Below are positions 54,101 to 63,256 of a DNA stretch of 63,635 nt, piece by piece. Source of the DNA: a virus (lineage: Duplodnaviria > Caudoviricetes); the IMG/VR virus record IMGVR_UViG_3300017734_000002, positions 1-63,635 of that record. One strand, given 5' to 3'. The position numbers and the translations under genes are program-made. The notes below the pieces were generated by a model. That model saw nothing but the letters and a program-made list of their open reading frames with translations. It was not told the DNA's origin and did no database searches. Every line of letters starts with the position of its first letter. The stretch's first letter is position 1.

Positions 54101-57100
54101 AACTTACAAAGGTTTTCTGAAAGTAATCTTGGAATAAAACCTAGATTAGTAACTACACAAGACGTTGTTAATTTCTTAGGTAGATATGTTGAGAATGTTA
54201 AGAAAGGTTATAACCCAATAAAACAATTAGAAAGGTTGCAAGAAATGGTTGAGTTGGCTGAAATACCACCTAACCCTAAGTCAAGAGACGCTTCTATAAA
54301 GCTAGAAAAGTCTGAGCTGTTAAAACAAAACGCTGAGTTAATAAAAAACAAACCAGAAGGTTGGAGAGATAAAAATAAAGTTATAGCTGATAAAATAAGA
54401 AGTTTAAACGAACTAATAGCTTCATCTGATAAAAATGCTGATTTAGTTGGTAAATATAGAGATTTAGATAACTTAATAAAAGAAAGAGGTGAAAACGTAT
54501 CTGCTAATCTTAGGAAATCAAATATAATAGAGCAACTAAGAGAAAATAATAAAGGTATATTGACTGAGTTTATTAAAGAAGGTTTTGTTGAAACGCCTGG
54601 ATCTGAAGTTACTAGACAAAGGTTCACTGAAGAGGTTATGAATATGGAGTTTTTGTTAAACGTCAACTCATACTTTAAACCTAAGAAAAATGGCAAGGCT
54701 AGTTCTTTTGAACAAGGTGTACCATTTGGCGCTTATTTAAGGCAAAACTTATTTGGGCCTTACTTCAAAAAAGGATCTGGAAAACCTCAAAGACAAGGTA
54801 ATGTGTTAAAAAGAATACAAGGCGGTAAAACACAAGACGCCTCTATAAAGACAGTTAGCATTTCAGATCCTAACGTTATGAAAACCGTAGAAGGTTTTGG
54901 AGAAGGACTACCAGTGTATGGAGGTAGTAGAAAATACCCTAAAGATGTTATAGAAGGCAGCGAAGGTATAAGATTAGAAAGAGATTTAAAAGTTGCACCT
55001 GAACAAATAAAGGATATAAAAAGCAAGTTTGATAACATGTTAAGTAATCCTAAGAAGGTTGCTCAGTTAGATTTTAAAAAATTACAAGATCTATCTCCAG
55101 AGTTTACAGCTGATTTATTCGGAGGAAAAGGTTTTAGTAAATTAAGCAAACAACAAAAAGCAGATTTTATAGGTGAAAACTGGAAAACATTATATGAAAT
55201 GTTACCCCTTGGTGCTTTCCCAACTACAGGTAAATCTACAGGCGTCTCTACAAGTTTACAAACATCTCAAAAAACTGGTGCTGATATATTTTACACTAAA
55301 GGCGAATCTGTTAAGTTTGCAGAAACCGGCAGCAAGCAAGGTCTAGAAGTACAGACTAAAATTGAAATGGGTAAGGCAGAGTTTTTAGAAAAACTAGGTA
55401 TAGAGTCTTATTTTGAAGCTAACAGCACTAAAGAGCTTTATAGAGCTGATAAAATGAATCGTAATCATGAAACTACTATAAAAGCTTTAATGAAAGAAGC
55501 TGGTAGAAACATAACCAACCAAACAGTTAGAGATTATTTAACAGCTGAAAAATATAACGAAAATCCTAAGCTTGCTGAAGAAATATCAAGAGAACAACTA
55601 CTGCATAACATAGCAACTGGTAAATCAGAGTCGCTACAATCGTTAAATTTATTAGCTAGAAGATTTGAAGAAAACTTAGGAAAAAAACCTACCCAAATTG
55701 AGCTGCTACAAATAATAGGTGGTTTTCAATATAAAACCTTAGACGAATTAAAGCAGTCTTTAGGTGAAAAAAAGTTTAAGATAGTAAAAGACTGGATAGA
55801 AAATGAGTCAATTGTTATAGCTGAAGAAGGTAGATCTGCTTTGCAATATGTTAAAGCAATAAAATCTAAAAATATACCTAATATAGGAAACGCTAAGTGG
55901 TGGACTATGTCTGACGCTAAGTTTAAAAAATCAAAAGAAGGTAAAAAGTGGTTTGCAAAAACAGCTTTTGATATAGCTCAAAACGTTCCTTTAGGTGGTA
56001 ACTTAAATGGAAACGTTAAACTTATACTTGACTTATTTACTGGTCACTACAATATAGTTGGATCAGAATATGCTAAAGTTGAAAGCGCTTTTAAAAAAGG
56101 TATAAAAAAGAGGTTAGGTAAGAAAAATGAATTTGTAGAGCCAACAAAAGAGAATGAAGCTTGGATGTCTAGAGAAACATATGATAGATGGATTAATTTT
56201 GATTTTGCAAACTTAACAACTTCATATGCTTCTTCTTTTAAAACTGGATATAAAAAGATTCTTGCAGAACCAGATCTTGCTAAGCAAAAAGAAATAGCTA
56301 AAGAAGTTTTCTTAAGTAAAGACGGTAAGCTAGCTATAGAAATGTACGATTTATGGAATACTACTTTGCAAGAGTGGATAGGTAAAGAGGTAAAAGATTC
56401 ACCAGCGTATTGGAATAAAGCTGATTACATATTAAAAATAAAGAAAGCTAATTCCGCAATAGGTGTTACTGGAGAAAGAATATATGCTCCACCAAGATAT
56501 GCTTTCTTACCTGGTAAAGTAGTAGAAGGAACAATAAAATATGAGCATTTAAAATCAAGCAGTCAACAATCTCTTGAGTCAGCTATGTTATTATTAAATA
56601 ATCAGTGGAAAAGCCAAGGTAAAAAAGGATTAAAAGAGTACGGAGGTATATATGGTTTACTTAGTGATTTCAACATGGTAGACGCTGCAACAGGAAAAGT
56701 AAACAGTACTGATATTTTTAGATTAGCTAAAAACTTAGAGCTTGCAAAAGATATATACAGTGTTGAAAGCGGTTTTAAAAAATCCTTGTATGAGGATATG
56801 ATAGCTGAATATGGTAAGAAAGCTATAGATAAAATCAAAAAGACAGCTGAAAATAAACTAAAAGACGATGTATTACAGTCTATTAGATTAGTCAACAGTG
56901 GTCCAATAGGTAAAGGTAAAAAAAGAAAAGGTATAAGTGTGTTTGATTTTGATGACACGCTAGCTAAAACAAATAGCCAAGTAATAGTTACAATGCCTAA
57001 CGGTAAGGTAATGAAAATAAATGCTACAGAGTTTGCTAAACAAGATGCTGCTTTAACTAAAAAAGGAGCTAAGTATGATTTTAGCGAATTTAGTAAAGTT

Positions 57101-59470
57101 ATTGATGGTAAAAAAGGTCCTTTGTTTGATCTTGCAATGAAAAGACAAGATAAGTTTACCAGTAAGGATATATTTATATTAACAGCTAGACCTCAAGAGG
57201 CAGCGCTATCAATACATAAGTTTTTAAAAGGTATTGGATTAGAAGTTCCAATGAAAAATATAACAGGTTTAGCAGACGGTACTCCTCAAGCAAAAGCTAA
57301 TTGGGTACTTGGTAAAGCTAAGAAAGGATATAATGATTTTTATTTTGCAGATGATGCTTATAAAAATGTTAAAGCTGTTGGTGATGTTTTAAAAACAGTA
57401 GATGTAAAAGGTAAAGTTCAACAAGCTTTACAAAGTTTAGATCTTAACAAGAAAATGAATGACATGCTTGAAAACAGATTTGGTGTTAAATCACAGGCTG
57501 TTTATAGCAAAGTTAAAGCCATGAAGCTTGGTCAAGATAAAGGCAAAGGTGGTATAATACCTTATAGCCATCAAGATTTTATTGGTTTAATGTACCCTCT
57601 TTTAGGAAAAGGAAAAGTTGGTGATGCGAATTTAAAATGGATTAAAGAAAGCTTTGTAAATCCTTTTGCTAGAGCTGAAATGAATATGACGTCTGATCGT
57701 ATACAACTAACAAGTAATTTTAGAGCAATAAAAAGAAGATTAAAAGCTAAAGGAATACCTAAAAACTTACGTAAAAAAGCTGTTGATGGTTTTACGTTTG
57801 GCGATGTAATAAGAATATATGCCTGGCAAAAACAAGGTATGGAAATACCCGGTATGAGTAAAGGCGACTTAAGAAGCGTGTTAAAGTTTGCAGAGTTAAA
57901 ACCAGAGATAAAAGAGTTTGCTAGTGAACTTATACAGTTAAACTTAGGTGAAGGTTATCCTAAACCAGGTGAGTTCTGGGCTAATGAAAACATAACTACT
58001 GATTTAATGAAAGGTCTTAATGAAGGTAGAAGAGCTAAGTATCTAGAGCAGTGGAAACAAAATGTAGAACAAACTTTTACTGAAAATGTTTTTAATAAAC
58101 TAGAGGCTCAGCTAGGACCAAGCTATGTTACTTCTCTTAAAAACATGCTAGCTAGAATGGAGTCTGGTAGAAACAGACAGTTTAGTGGAGGTAAAATGGG
58201 TAAACTAGAAAGTCAATTTACTGACTGGGTAAACAATTCTGTAGGTACTATAATGTTCTTTAATACTAGATCAGCTGTATTACAGACAATATCTAATGTA
58301 AACTATATAAACTGGGCAGATAATAATCCACTAAAAGCTGGTAAAGCTCTAGCTAATCAACCACAATACTGGAGAGATGTAATGGAATTAATGAACTCTG
58401 ATTATTTAGTTAATAGACGTGGTGGTTTAAAGATAAACGTTAGTGAGTCTGAAATAGCAGACGCTGCTAGTACTAGTAAAAACAAATTTAAAGGCGCTTT
58501 AAACTATATATTGAAAAAAGGTTTTTTACCTACACAATATGCTGATAGTTTTGCTATTTCAACAGGTGGCGCAACACTTTATAGAAACAGAATAAACACA
58601 TATAGAAAACAAGGTTTATCTGAAGCAGAGGCTAAGAAAAAAGCTTTTGAAGATTTTCAACAAATAACAGAAGAAACACAGCAGTCTAGTAGAGCTGATA
58701 TGATTAGCATGCAACAAGCTAGTACTTTAGGTAGATTAGTTTTAGCATTTGGTAACACGCCTTCTCAGTATGCCAGATTAATGGATAAAGCAGCTAAAGA
58801 TCTTGTTAACGGTAGAGGTGATTGGAAAACAAATATGTCTAAAGTTATATACTATGGAGCTATACAAAACTTTATATTCAACGCTTTACAGAACGCTTTA
58901 TTTAAAACAATGTTTGATGAAGACGACGATGATAAAGCTTCGGCAAGAGAATTAAGAATAGCAAACGGTATGGCTGATTCTGTTTTAAGAGGTACTGGTG
59001 TTGTTGGTGCTGGTGTATCTATGTTAAAAAACATGATATTAGAGTTTGACAAACAAAGTAAAAAGAAAAATCCTAAATATAGGGATGTTGCTTTAAAAGT
59101 ATTAGATATATCTCCTCCTATAGATTCAAAAGTTTCAAAACTTAGATCTGCTGGTATGACTCTAGACTACAACATGGACGAAATAAAAGAAAAAGGATTT
59201 AGCTTAGACAACCCAGCTTATTTAGCCGCTGGTCAAGTAACATCTGCTTTGGTTAATTTACCTTTAGATAGATTATTTAAAAAGTATAATAACTTAGAAG
59301 CAGCAATGAGAGATGATACAGAAAATTGGCAAGCTATTGCTTTATCAATGGGTTGGTCTGAATGGGAATTAGGTATGAATGAAAAAGAAAAAACAAAGTC
59401 TGCTAAAAGATTTATTTACAACCAAAGAAAAAAATCAAAGAAAAAGAGGCTTATTGCTCCTAAAAATTAA
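51104..59470 (+). CDS. Giant internal virion/ejection protein with zincin-like and HAD phosphatase-like domains
   Basis: 2788 aa; HEGIH near 53825; VFDFDDTL..LTARP..K..FADD at about 56930-57380. Confidence 0.7.
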   Translation: MPRKQLENGLWVNIEEDKDPNVEQDFQKGSQENGATAGQKLVAPENTESNSGPGFLDYLKLGFKTTLASRASLNRGPIGTPPADNYDSWKESEDERKSQPDFVADRNALEESLRTSVFSDKYFLKEHGGSENLTSIQNNNDFGDVRVKIKENLGTKGFSINFNPTGVGVGTLMFNKGTEQTTYPSLTEKDVDDAITQVMHETISKEREAADTKMIDKGVSKLTRTNEDLKQQLSDLEDIDINALNKNEKELATLLKQIRNKEESGLDNQQVADLIERAEVIGSTIKDTFGEDYKFFYDPLTGNNLTEAEAKEFAEKNPSIKNIGDKVQEHVAELSVIKDQDLLLNKYNDLNLGLVGHREEGNKTYDVWIDSQGVTNLLKEKGYSMVSGDNPEYSEKRKKLMSARDGDFTKGVLFKDVKLKDIAVYSDRFKDDGTFSTGQFLAGAGSDNFIIPVFNDETSMTEKQFEDYLVRYNDQGYDLAAQKRAMKDVFLLNRDPSTIGKAHIVTLAEAASNSLFGEKYTQGQVGFSNRKVLDLASDIYAETGITLSDDQEDALARSLGDDIAEGFGGAASILVQLYGLNKMQGVATGMGALGRVMAASKAPRYMRGSKILTQANIQKRARVLGISEADYAKKYGLTAISASRSAKLKGHIINVMFEEAKMAGALDFDIGTGAGFYLGGQMLPYTFKGAPAGYKGLNLTTKYNQLNTVNELLFKNSTAFAIGTKFGGLLESTIKDLEGEETVQSYLEETYGDYDALQRQTLLDLALGSAFGATHLKVFGKKGLDSKRTTSIAKIKNEAAKKYKEASEKLDFDAMAKHQEVYNMAHHRLAAMDKIDLYTNPSTAKSAYEKLTKGIKKAFGGKLEIEVNDGKNLENKNAQGEYMPKKNNNGKGKIIINYKNAEPGVVPHEGIHAGFDVLFEGNVALKQKFQRKLEDVAADLVLTNKQGESASLLDIIKAEKSISEFKKPEELMAYMAEFLSKAEYYNQLVAGNAFSNIKQNLQRFSESNLGIKPRLVTTQDVVNFLGRYVENVKKGYNPIKQLERLQEMVELAEIPPNPKSRDASIKLEKSELLKQNAELIKNKPEGWRDKNKVIADKIRSLNELIASSDKNADLVGKYRDLDNLIKERGENVSANLRKSNIIEQLRENNKGILTEFIKEGFVETPGSEVTRQRFTEEVMNMEFLLNVNSYFKPKKNGKASSFEQGVPFGAYLRQNLFGPYFKKGSGKPQRQGNVLKRIQGGKTQDASIKTVSISDPNVMKTVEGFGEGLPVYGGSRKYPKDVIEGSEGIRLERDLKVAPEQIKDIKSKFDNMLSNPKKVAQLDFKKLQDLSPEFTADLFGGKGFSKLSKQQKADFIGENWKTLYEMLPLGAFPTTGKSTGVSTSLQTSQKTGADIFYTKGESVKFAETGSKQGLEVQTKIEMGKAEFLEKLGIESYFEANSTKELYRADKMNRNHETTIKALMKEAGRNITNQTVRDYLTAEKYNENPKLAEEISREQLLHNIATGKSESLQSLNLLARRFEENLGKKPTQIELLQIIGGFQYKTLDELKQSLGEKKFKIVKDWIENESIVIAEEGRSALQYVKAIKSKNIPNIGNAKWWTMSDAKFKKSKEGKKWFAKTAFDIAQNVPLGGNLNGNVKLILDLFTGHYNIVGSEYAKVESAFKKGIKKRLGKKNEFVEPTKENEAWMSRETYDRWINFDFANLTTSYASSFKTGYKKILAEPDLAKQKEIAKEVFLSKDGKLAIEMYDLWNTTLQEWIGKEVKDSPAYWNKADYILKIKKANSAIGVTGERIYAPPRYAFLPGKVVEGTIKYEHLKSSSQQSLESAMLLLNNQWKSQGKKGLKEYGGIYGLLSDFNMVDAATGKVNSTDIFRLAKNLELAKDIYSVESGFKKSLYEDMIAEYGKKAIDKIKKTAENKLKDDVLQSIRLVNSGPIGKGKKRKGISVFDFDDTLAKTNSQVIVTMPNGKVMKINATEFAKQDAALTKKGAKYDFSEFSKVIDGKKGPLFDLAMKRQDKFTSKDIFILTARPQEAALSIHKFLKGIGLEVPMKNITGLADGTPQAKANWVLGKAKKGYNDFYFADDAYKNVKAVGDVLKTVDVKGKVQQALQSLDLNKKMNDMLENRFGVKSQAVYSKVKAMKLGQDKGKGGIIPYSHQDFIGLMYPLLGKGKVGDANLKWIKESFVNPFARAEMNMTSDRIQLTSNFRAIKRRLKAKGIPKNLRKKAVDGFTFGDVIRIYAWQKQGMEIPGMSKGDLRSVLKFAELKPEIKEFASELIQLNLGEGYPKPGEFWANENITTDLMKGLNEGRRAKYLEQWKQNVEQTFTENVFNKLEAQLGPSYVTSLKNMLARMESGRNRQFSGGKMGKLESQFTDWVNNSVGTIMFFNTRSAVLQTISNVNYINWADNNPLKAGKALANQPQYWRDVMELMNSDYLVNRRGGLKINVSESEIADAASTSKNKFKGALNYILKKGFLPTQYADSFAISTGGATLYRNRINTYRKQGLSEAEAKKKAFEDFQQITEETQQSSRADMISMQQASTLGRLVLAFGNTPSQYARLMDKAAKDLVNGRGDWKTNMSKVIYYGAIQNFIFNALQNALFKTMFDEDDDDKASARELRIANGMADSVLRGTGVVGAGVSMLKNMILEFDKQSKKKNPKYRDVALKVLDISPPIDSKVSKLRSAGMTLDYNMDEIKEKGFSLDNPAYLAAGQVTSALVNLPLDRLFKKYNNLEAAMRDDTENWQAIALSMGWSEWELGMNEKEKTKSAKRFIYNQRKKSKKKRLIAPKN

Positions 59471-59505
59471 CTAAAACAAGTAATAATAAAACTAAACAAC
59501 TAACA

Positions 59506-60732
59506 ATGAAGAATGTACTAATTACTATTTTAACACTACTGACGTTTACTATAAGCGGACAAGAAAAAGAAAAAGGTAAATTTTTTAAAACAATATACCA
59601 AGACTTTCTCAAGTACGGTACAGTGTATGCTGCCGGTGATGTTCGTAATGCTTATGAAAACTCTAGAAAAGATTTCTTTGTAGAAAGACCAGCTGATGGT
59701 GATCTATATGCAATACCTAGGGTTGTAGAGGTTACAGAGTATTTTGATTTTGATTATAGAATAGGTGTTGGTATACGTAAACTAGGTAGATTTGGTTATG
59801 AAAGAAAACCTGGTAATTTCTGGACAGGTAATGCTTACAGAGAAAATCAACAAGCATTGTCATCACCTACATCTGCTGTAGATGGTTTTGAGTATTTGTT
59901 TCATTTTGAAAAAGAAAGATTACGTGGTGAAGAGTTTACTAATTTTAGATATTTTTTAAGACATACAGGTAAATACCATATAGCTAAAGTAGAAGCTAGG
60001 GATCAAGGTACTTTTGATTTTTCTTATAAATCAGCAGAGCTTAGAGCTAGATTACCTATAGGTAAAAAGTTTAGTGTATCTGCAGGTGTTATATATCGTA
60101 CACATGAAAGAGCTTATGGATATAATCCTATAGAAATATGGTTAAATGAAACTGAAACGTTTACAACACCTGATGGTGAAGTTATAGAATATCCTACTAA
60201 TCCATGGTATGCTTTAGGTTTTGAATATGGTTATGACGATATATATTATACTTCAGAAGATGAAAATGGAAACGAAACGTCTGATTGGTATTGGGTGGAT
60301 CCTGATGGTAACACGGTAGCGTATACTGATTTACAGTTTCGTAATACAGTGTTTAGAGATCTTATTAATAGGTACAACAACGAACAGTGGGATATGATTG
60401 GTGAGTTTGGTTTGTTATCACCTATAATCGGTGCAGATTTTTATCATTATAAAAATAACTTCTGGCTTCACGCTTACGGTAATTACTTACCTGGTTATCA
60501 CAAATATGTATCTGGTGATTTAGATTTTTCATATTTAAATAGGAATAACTGGGGTAAAGGTGGATTGGTACAAGATGCAGAGCCTCAACAATGGACTGAT
60601 TATCAAGTTGGATTAAACTTTGGTTGGAAAATTGGAAAACACTTAGGTGTTTTTATAGAAGGAGAATATAACAAAATGTGGGACACAAAGTTCTACAACT
60701 CAACATTTGGAATAAACTATACATTTAGATAG
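59506..60732 (+). CDS. Secreted, probable outer-membrane beta-barrel protein
   Basis: Sec signal peptide, amphipathic aromatic strands, C-terminal GINYTFR. Confidence 0.6.
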   Translation: MKNVLITILTLLTFTISGQEKEKGKFFKTIYQDFLKYGTVYAAGDVRNAYENSRKDFFVERPADGDLYAIPRVVEVTEYFDFDYRIGVGIRKLGRFGYERKPGNFWTGNAYRENQQALSSPTSAVDGFEYLFHFEKERLRGEEFTNFRYFLRHTGKYHIAKVEARDQGTFDFSYKSAELRARLPIGKKFSVSAGVIYRTHERAYGYNPIEIWLNETETFTTPDGEVIEYPTNPWYALGFEYGYDDIYYTSEDENGNETSDWYWVDPDGNTVAYTDLQFRNTVFRDLINRYNNEQWDMIGEFGLLSPIIGADFYHYKNNFWLHAYGNYLPGYHKYVSGDLDFSYLNRNNWGKGGLVQDAEPQQWTDYQVGLNFGWKIGKHLGVFIEGEYNKMWDTKFYNSTFGINYTFR

Positions 60733-60734
60733 AC

Positions 60735-61022
60735 ATGAGCGCACCACAAATAGGAGAGAGTACGAAGGTAACTCTAGATTTAAAAACAATAGGTATAATA
60801 GTAGGAGGAGTAATATCTTTAGCTAGTATGTATTTTGTAATGCAAGCAGACATAGCGCTCGCTATGACTTTACCAGAACCAACAATATCTAAGACAGAAT
60901 GGGAGTTAAAAGATGAGCTGATTCGTAATACAATTATGGACACACAAGACGACGTAGAAATGATATTAGAAAAACTAGATAAGCTAGATGAAAGAATATA
61001 CGAAATACAAAAAAATAACTAA
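60735..61022 (+). CDS. Single-pass membrane protein with coiled-coil
   Basis: IGIIVGGVISLASMYFVM transmembrane segment. Confidence 0.6.
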   Translation: MSAPQIGESTKVTLDLKTIGIIVGGVISLASMYFVMQADIALAMTLPEPTISKTEWELKDELIRNTIMDTQDDVEMILEKLDKLDERIYEIQKNN

Positions 61023-61432
61023 TGAGATACTTAATTTTAATTTTAATACCATTTTTATCAATTAGTCAAGTAGATGTTCCAGAAGAATATTGGATTGATG
61101 ACTCTAACTTCGAACAAGCTATAAGTAATAAATCTGCTTTTGGCGATGAAGAAGTTAAGCCAGTTCTTGTAGAGTTTTGGGCAGAGTTTAATGAAGAGAA
61201 TTGTTTTGCAGAGTGGGAACAAATAAAAGACGCGACTTACTATAGAGTTGATATATCTAAAGCTCCTTTAGCTAAAAAGAAATATAGAGTTAGGATGGCA
61301 CCTACTTTAATAATATTCAAAGACGGAATAAAAGAAACAGTGTTTAAAGCAGGTTTAGATCTATTGTTACCTACTAATCTAGCTGAAATACAAGAAACAA
61401 TAAACGAAATTAACAACGCAAATAAATTTTAA
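61022..61432 (+). CDS. Exported thioredoxin-fold protein lacking CxxC
   Basis: Signal peptide; PVLVEFWAEFN, YRVD, KYRVRMAPTLIIFKDG. Confidence 0.65.
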   Translation: MRYLILILIPFLSISQVDVPEEYWIDDSNFEQAISNKSAFGDEEVKPVLVEFWAEFNEENCFAEWEQIKDATYYRVDISKAPLAKKKYRVRMAPTLIIFKDGIKETVFKAGLDLLLPTNLAEIQETINEINNANKF

Positions 61433-61433
61433 T

Positions 61434-61667
61434 ATGTGGAAATTAACTAAACAATACTGGAAAGATATGTGGAAAGCTCTATGGAGTAAAACTACTATTG
61501 ATGAAAAAGCAATTGCTACAGTACAAGAAATTAAAAAAAGATATAAACTTACAGCTGCGGAACTAGCTGACGTAGCAGACGCTATTAAAGAAGTTGGTAA
61601 TCAAATTGGAGACATAGATGATGCTGTAAAAGGCAAGGCTAGAAAAGGTAGAAAAATAAAAAAATAA
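61434..61667 (+). CDS. Hypothetical protein
   Basis: 77 aa, amphipathic W-rich start. Confidence 0.6.
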   Translation: MWKLTKQYWKDMWKALWSKTTIDEKAIATVQEIKKRYKLTAAELADVADAIKEVGNQIGDIDDAVKGKARKGRKIKK

Positions 61668-62021
61668 ATGAAAAAAATTATAGCTTTATTACTTATACCG
61701 TATTTTTCAATGGCTCAACTAGATATATACGGTTGGGAAGTTCAAGAAGATAAAGCTATGCATTATTTGGCTGGTGTTGCTATAACTAGTATATCTCACG
61801 ATTTAATTTTTGAGCATACTAAAAGTAAAGAAAAAGCTATAATGTATTCTATCGCTACTACTTTAGCTGTGGCAACTTTTAAAGAAGTTTTTATAGATAG
61901 AGGGCATGGTGATGGTCAAGATATAGCGGCTAGTATGTATGGCGCAATAACTGTAGGCGTCGCGATAGAGCTTGATGGTTTATTTAGAAAAAAAAGAAAT
62001 AAAATAAAATGGAAAAAATAA
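61668..62021 (+). CDS. Membrane protein, YfiM/DUF2279-like
   Basis: DKAMH..G, KE..D, DIAA..G pattern. Confidence 0.55.
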   Translation: MKKIIALLLIPYFSMAQLDIYGWEVQEDKAMHYLAGVAITSISHDLIFEHTKSKEKAIMYSIATTLAVATFKEVFIDRGHGDGQDIAASMYGAITVGVAIELDGLFRKKRNKIKWKK

Positions 62022-62470
62022 GCAAACACGTAAGTTACCGTGAAGGTGTGTATAGCAGAACAGCGGAGAGACTTGGTTTGAAAAATGATCCTACTGATGA
62101 GCATTTAGCCAACATGAAGCTTATCGCAGAAAAAGTGTTTGAGCCTCTTAGAATAAACGTAGGTGGTCCTATAAAGATTAATTCTTTTTACCGTGGACCA
62201 GAATTAAATAAAGCTGTTGGTGGATCTTCAAAATCACAACATTGTCATGGTCAAGCAATTGATATTGATGATACTTTTGGTCATGCTACTAACGCTGAAA
62301 TGTATAAGTGGATTAAAAAAAACTTAAACTTTGATCAGATGATATGGGAATTTGGTACGGATAAAAACCCTAATTGGGTACATATAAGCTACGTAAGTGA
62401 AGATAAAAACAGAAACAGATGTTTAAAAGCATATAAAGAAAATAACAAAACTAAATACATGATAATATGA
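62009..62470 (+). CDS. Endolysin, peptidase M15 family
   Basis: INSFYR..LNKAVGGS..SQH..GQAIDI and WVHISY zinc ligands. Confidence 0.88.
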   Translation: MEKISKHVSYREGVYSRTAERLGLKNDPTDEHLANMKLIAEKVFEPLRINVGGPIKINSFYRGPELNKAVGGSSKSQHCHGQAIDIDDTFGHATNAEMYKWIKKNLNFDQMIWEFGTDKNPNWVHISYVSEDKNRNRCLKAYKENNKTKYMII

Positions 62471-62814
62471 GAACAAAAGGATGTGGCCCAAGAAATTTAG
62501 GAGCGCCAAAAGGATCACCATTTAAATTAGATCCTGTAACTATTATGAAAGTAGCTAGCATGGCAAAAGGGGCTAAAAAAGATAAAGATAGCGGTGGCGA
62601 AAAAGAAACTACTACTACTACCACTAAACCAGTAAACCCTAAAAATCTAGATGTAAAAGATCCTTTTGAAGGTGTGCCCTACAGAGGTACACCCTTAAAG
62701 TTTAAAGGTGCTAATTCTTCTAATTCATCTTGTTGGAAAGGATATAAAAAAGTAGGTACAAAACCTTCACCTACTAATCCAGGTGTAACTGTAAACGATT
62801 GCAAAAAACAATAA
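62467..62814 (+). CDS. Basic hypothetical protein
   Basis: SPFK/TPLK motifs and CWKGYKKVG..VNDC tail. Confidence 0.65.
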   Translation: MRTKGCGPRNLGAPKGSPFKLDPVTIMKVASMAKGAKKDKDSGGEKETTTTTTKPVNPKNLDVKDPFEGVPYRGTPLKFKGANSSNSSCWKGYKKVGTKPSPTNPGVTVNDCKKQ

Positions 62815-62815
62815 C

Positions 62816-63217
62816 ATGACTTGGTTAGCTAGACAGAGATCTTTACCTTGCCACACGTCACCTATTTTAGATAAAGAAGATAGAGAAGCAAGAAGAGCTA
62901 AAAGAAAGCAAGCTAGATCAGAGCGTAAAGAATTTAGAGAAGAAAGAAGAGCTGAAAGAAAATCTAGTAAAGAACCTAGAAAAACAACAAAAGGTAAAGG
63001 TAGAAACTTTAGAACAGTTGAAGAAGGTGCTGGTATGACTGCAAAAGGTGTTGCAAGTTATAAAGCTAAAAACCCAGGTAGTAATTTACAAACAGCTGTT
63101 ACAGGTGATGTAAAGCCTGGTAGCAAAGCTGCTAAACGTAGAAAATCATTTTGCGCAAGATCAAAAGGTTGGACTGGTGAAAGAGGTAAAGCTGCTAGAG
63201 CTAGATGGAAGTGTTAA
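62816..63217 (+). CDS. Highly basic conserved marine-phage protein
   Basis: GMTAKGV..NPGS.LQTAVTG..AAKRRKSFCARS..RWKC. Confidence 0.7.
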   Translation: MTWLARQRSLPCHTSPILDKEDREARRAKRKQARSERKEFREERRAERKSSKEPRKTTKGKGRNFRTVEEGAGMTAKGVASYKAKNPGSNLQTAVTGDVKPGSKAAKRRKSFCARSKGWTGERGKAARARWKC

Positions 63218-63246
63218 AAAAAAAAGGGGCTCTCGCCCCTTTCTTT
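63216..63246. terminator. Bidirectional intrinsic terminator
   Basis: A10-ggggc-tctc-gcccc-tttcttt between convergent genes. Confidence 0.8.
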
Positions 63247-63256
63247 AACTAACAAA

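Noticed and set aside
14841-62104. Numerous minus-strand ORFs of 60-160 aa within the late region
   Set aside because: Antisense shadows of long plus-strand genes, with no motifs or independent start signals
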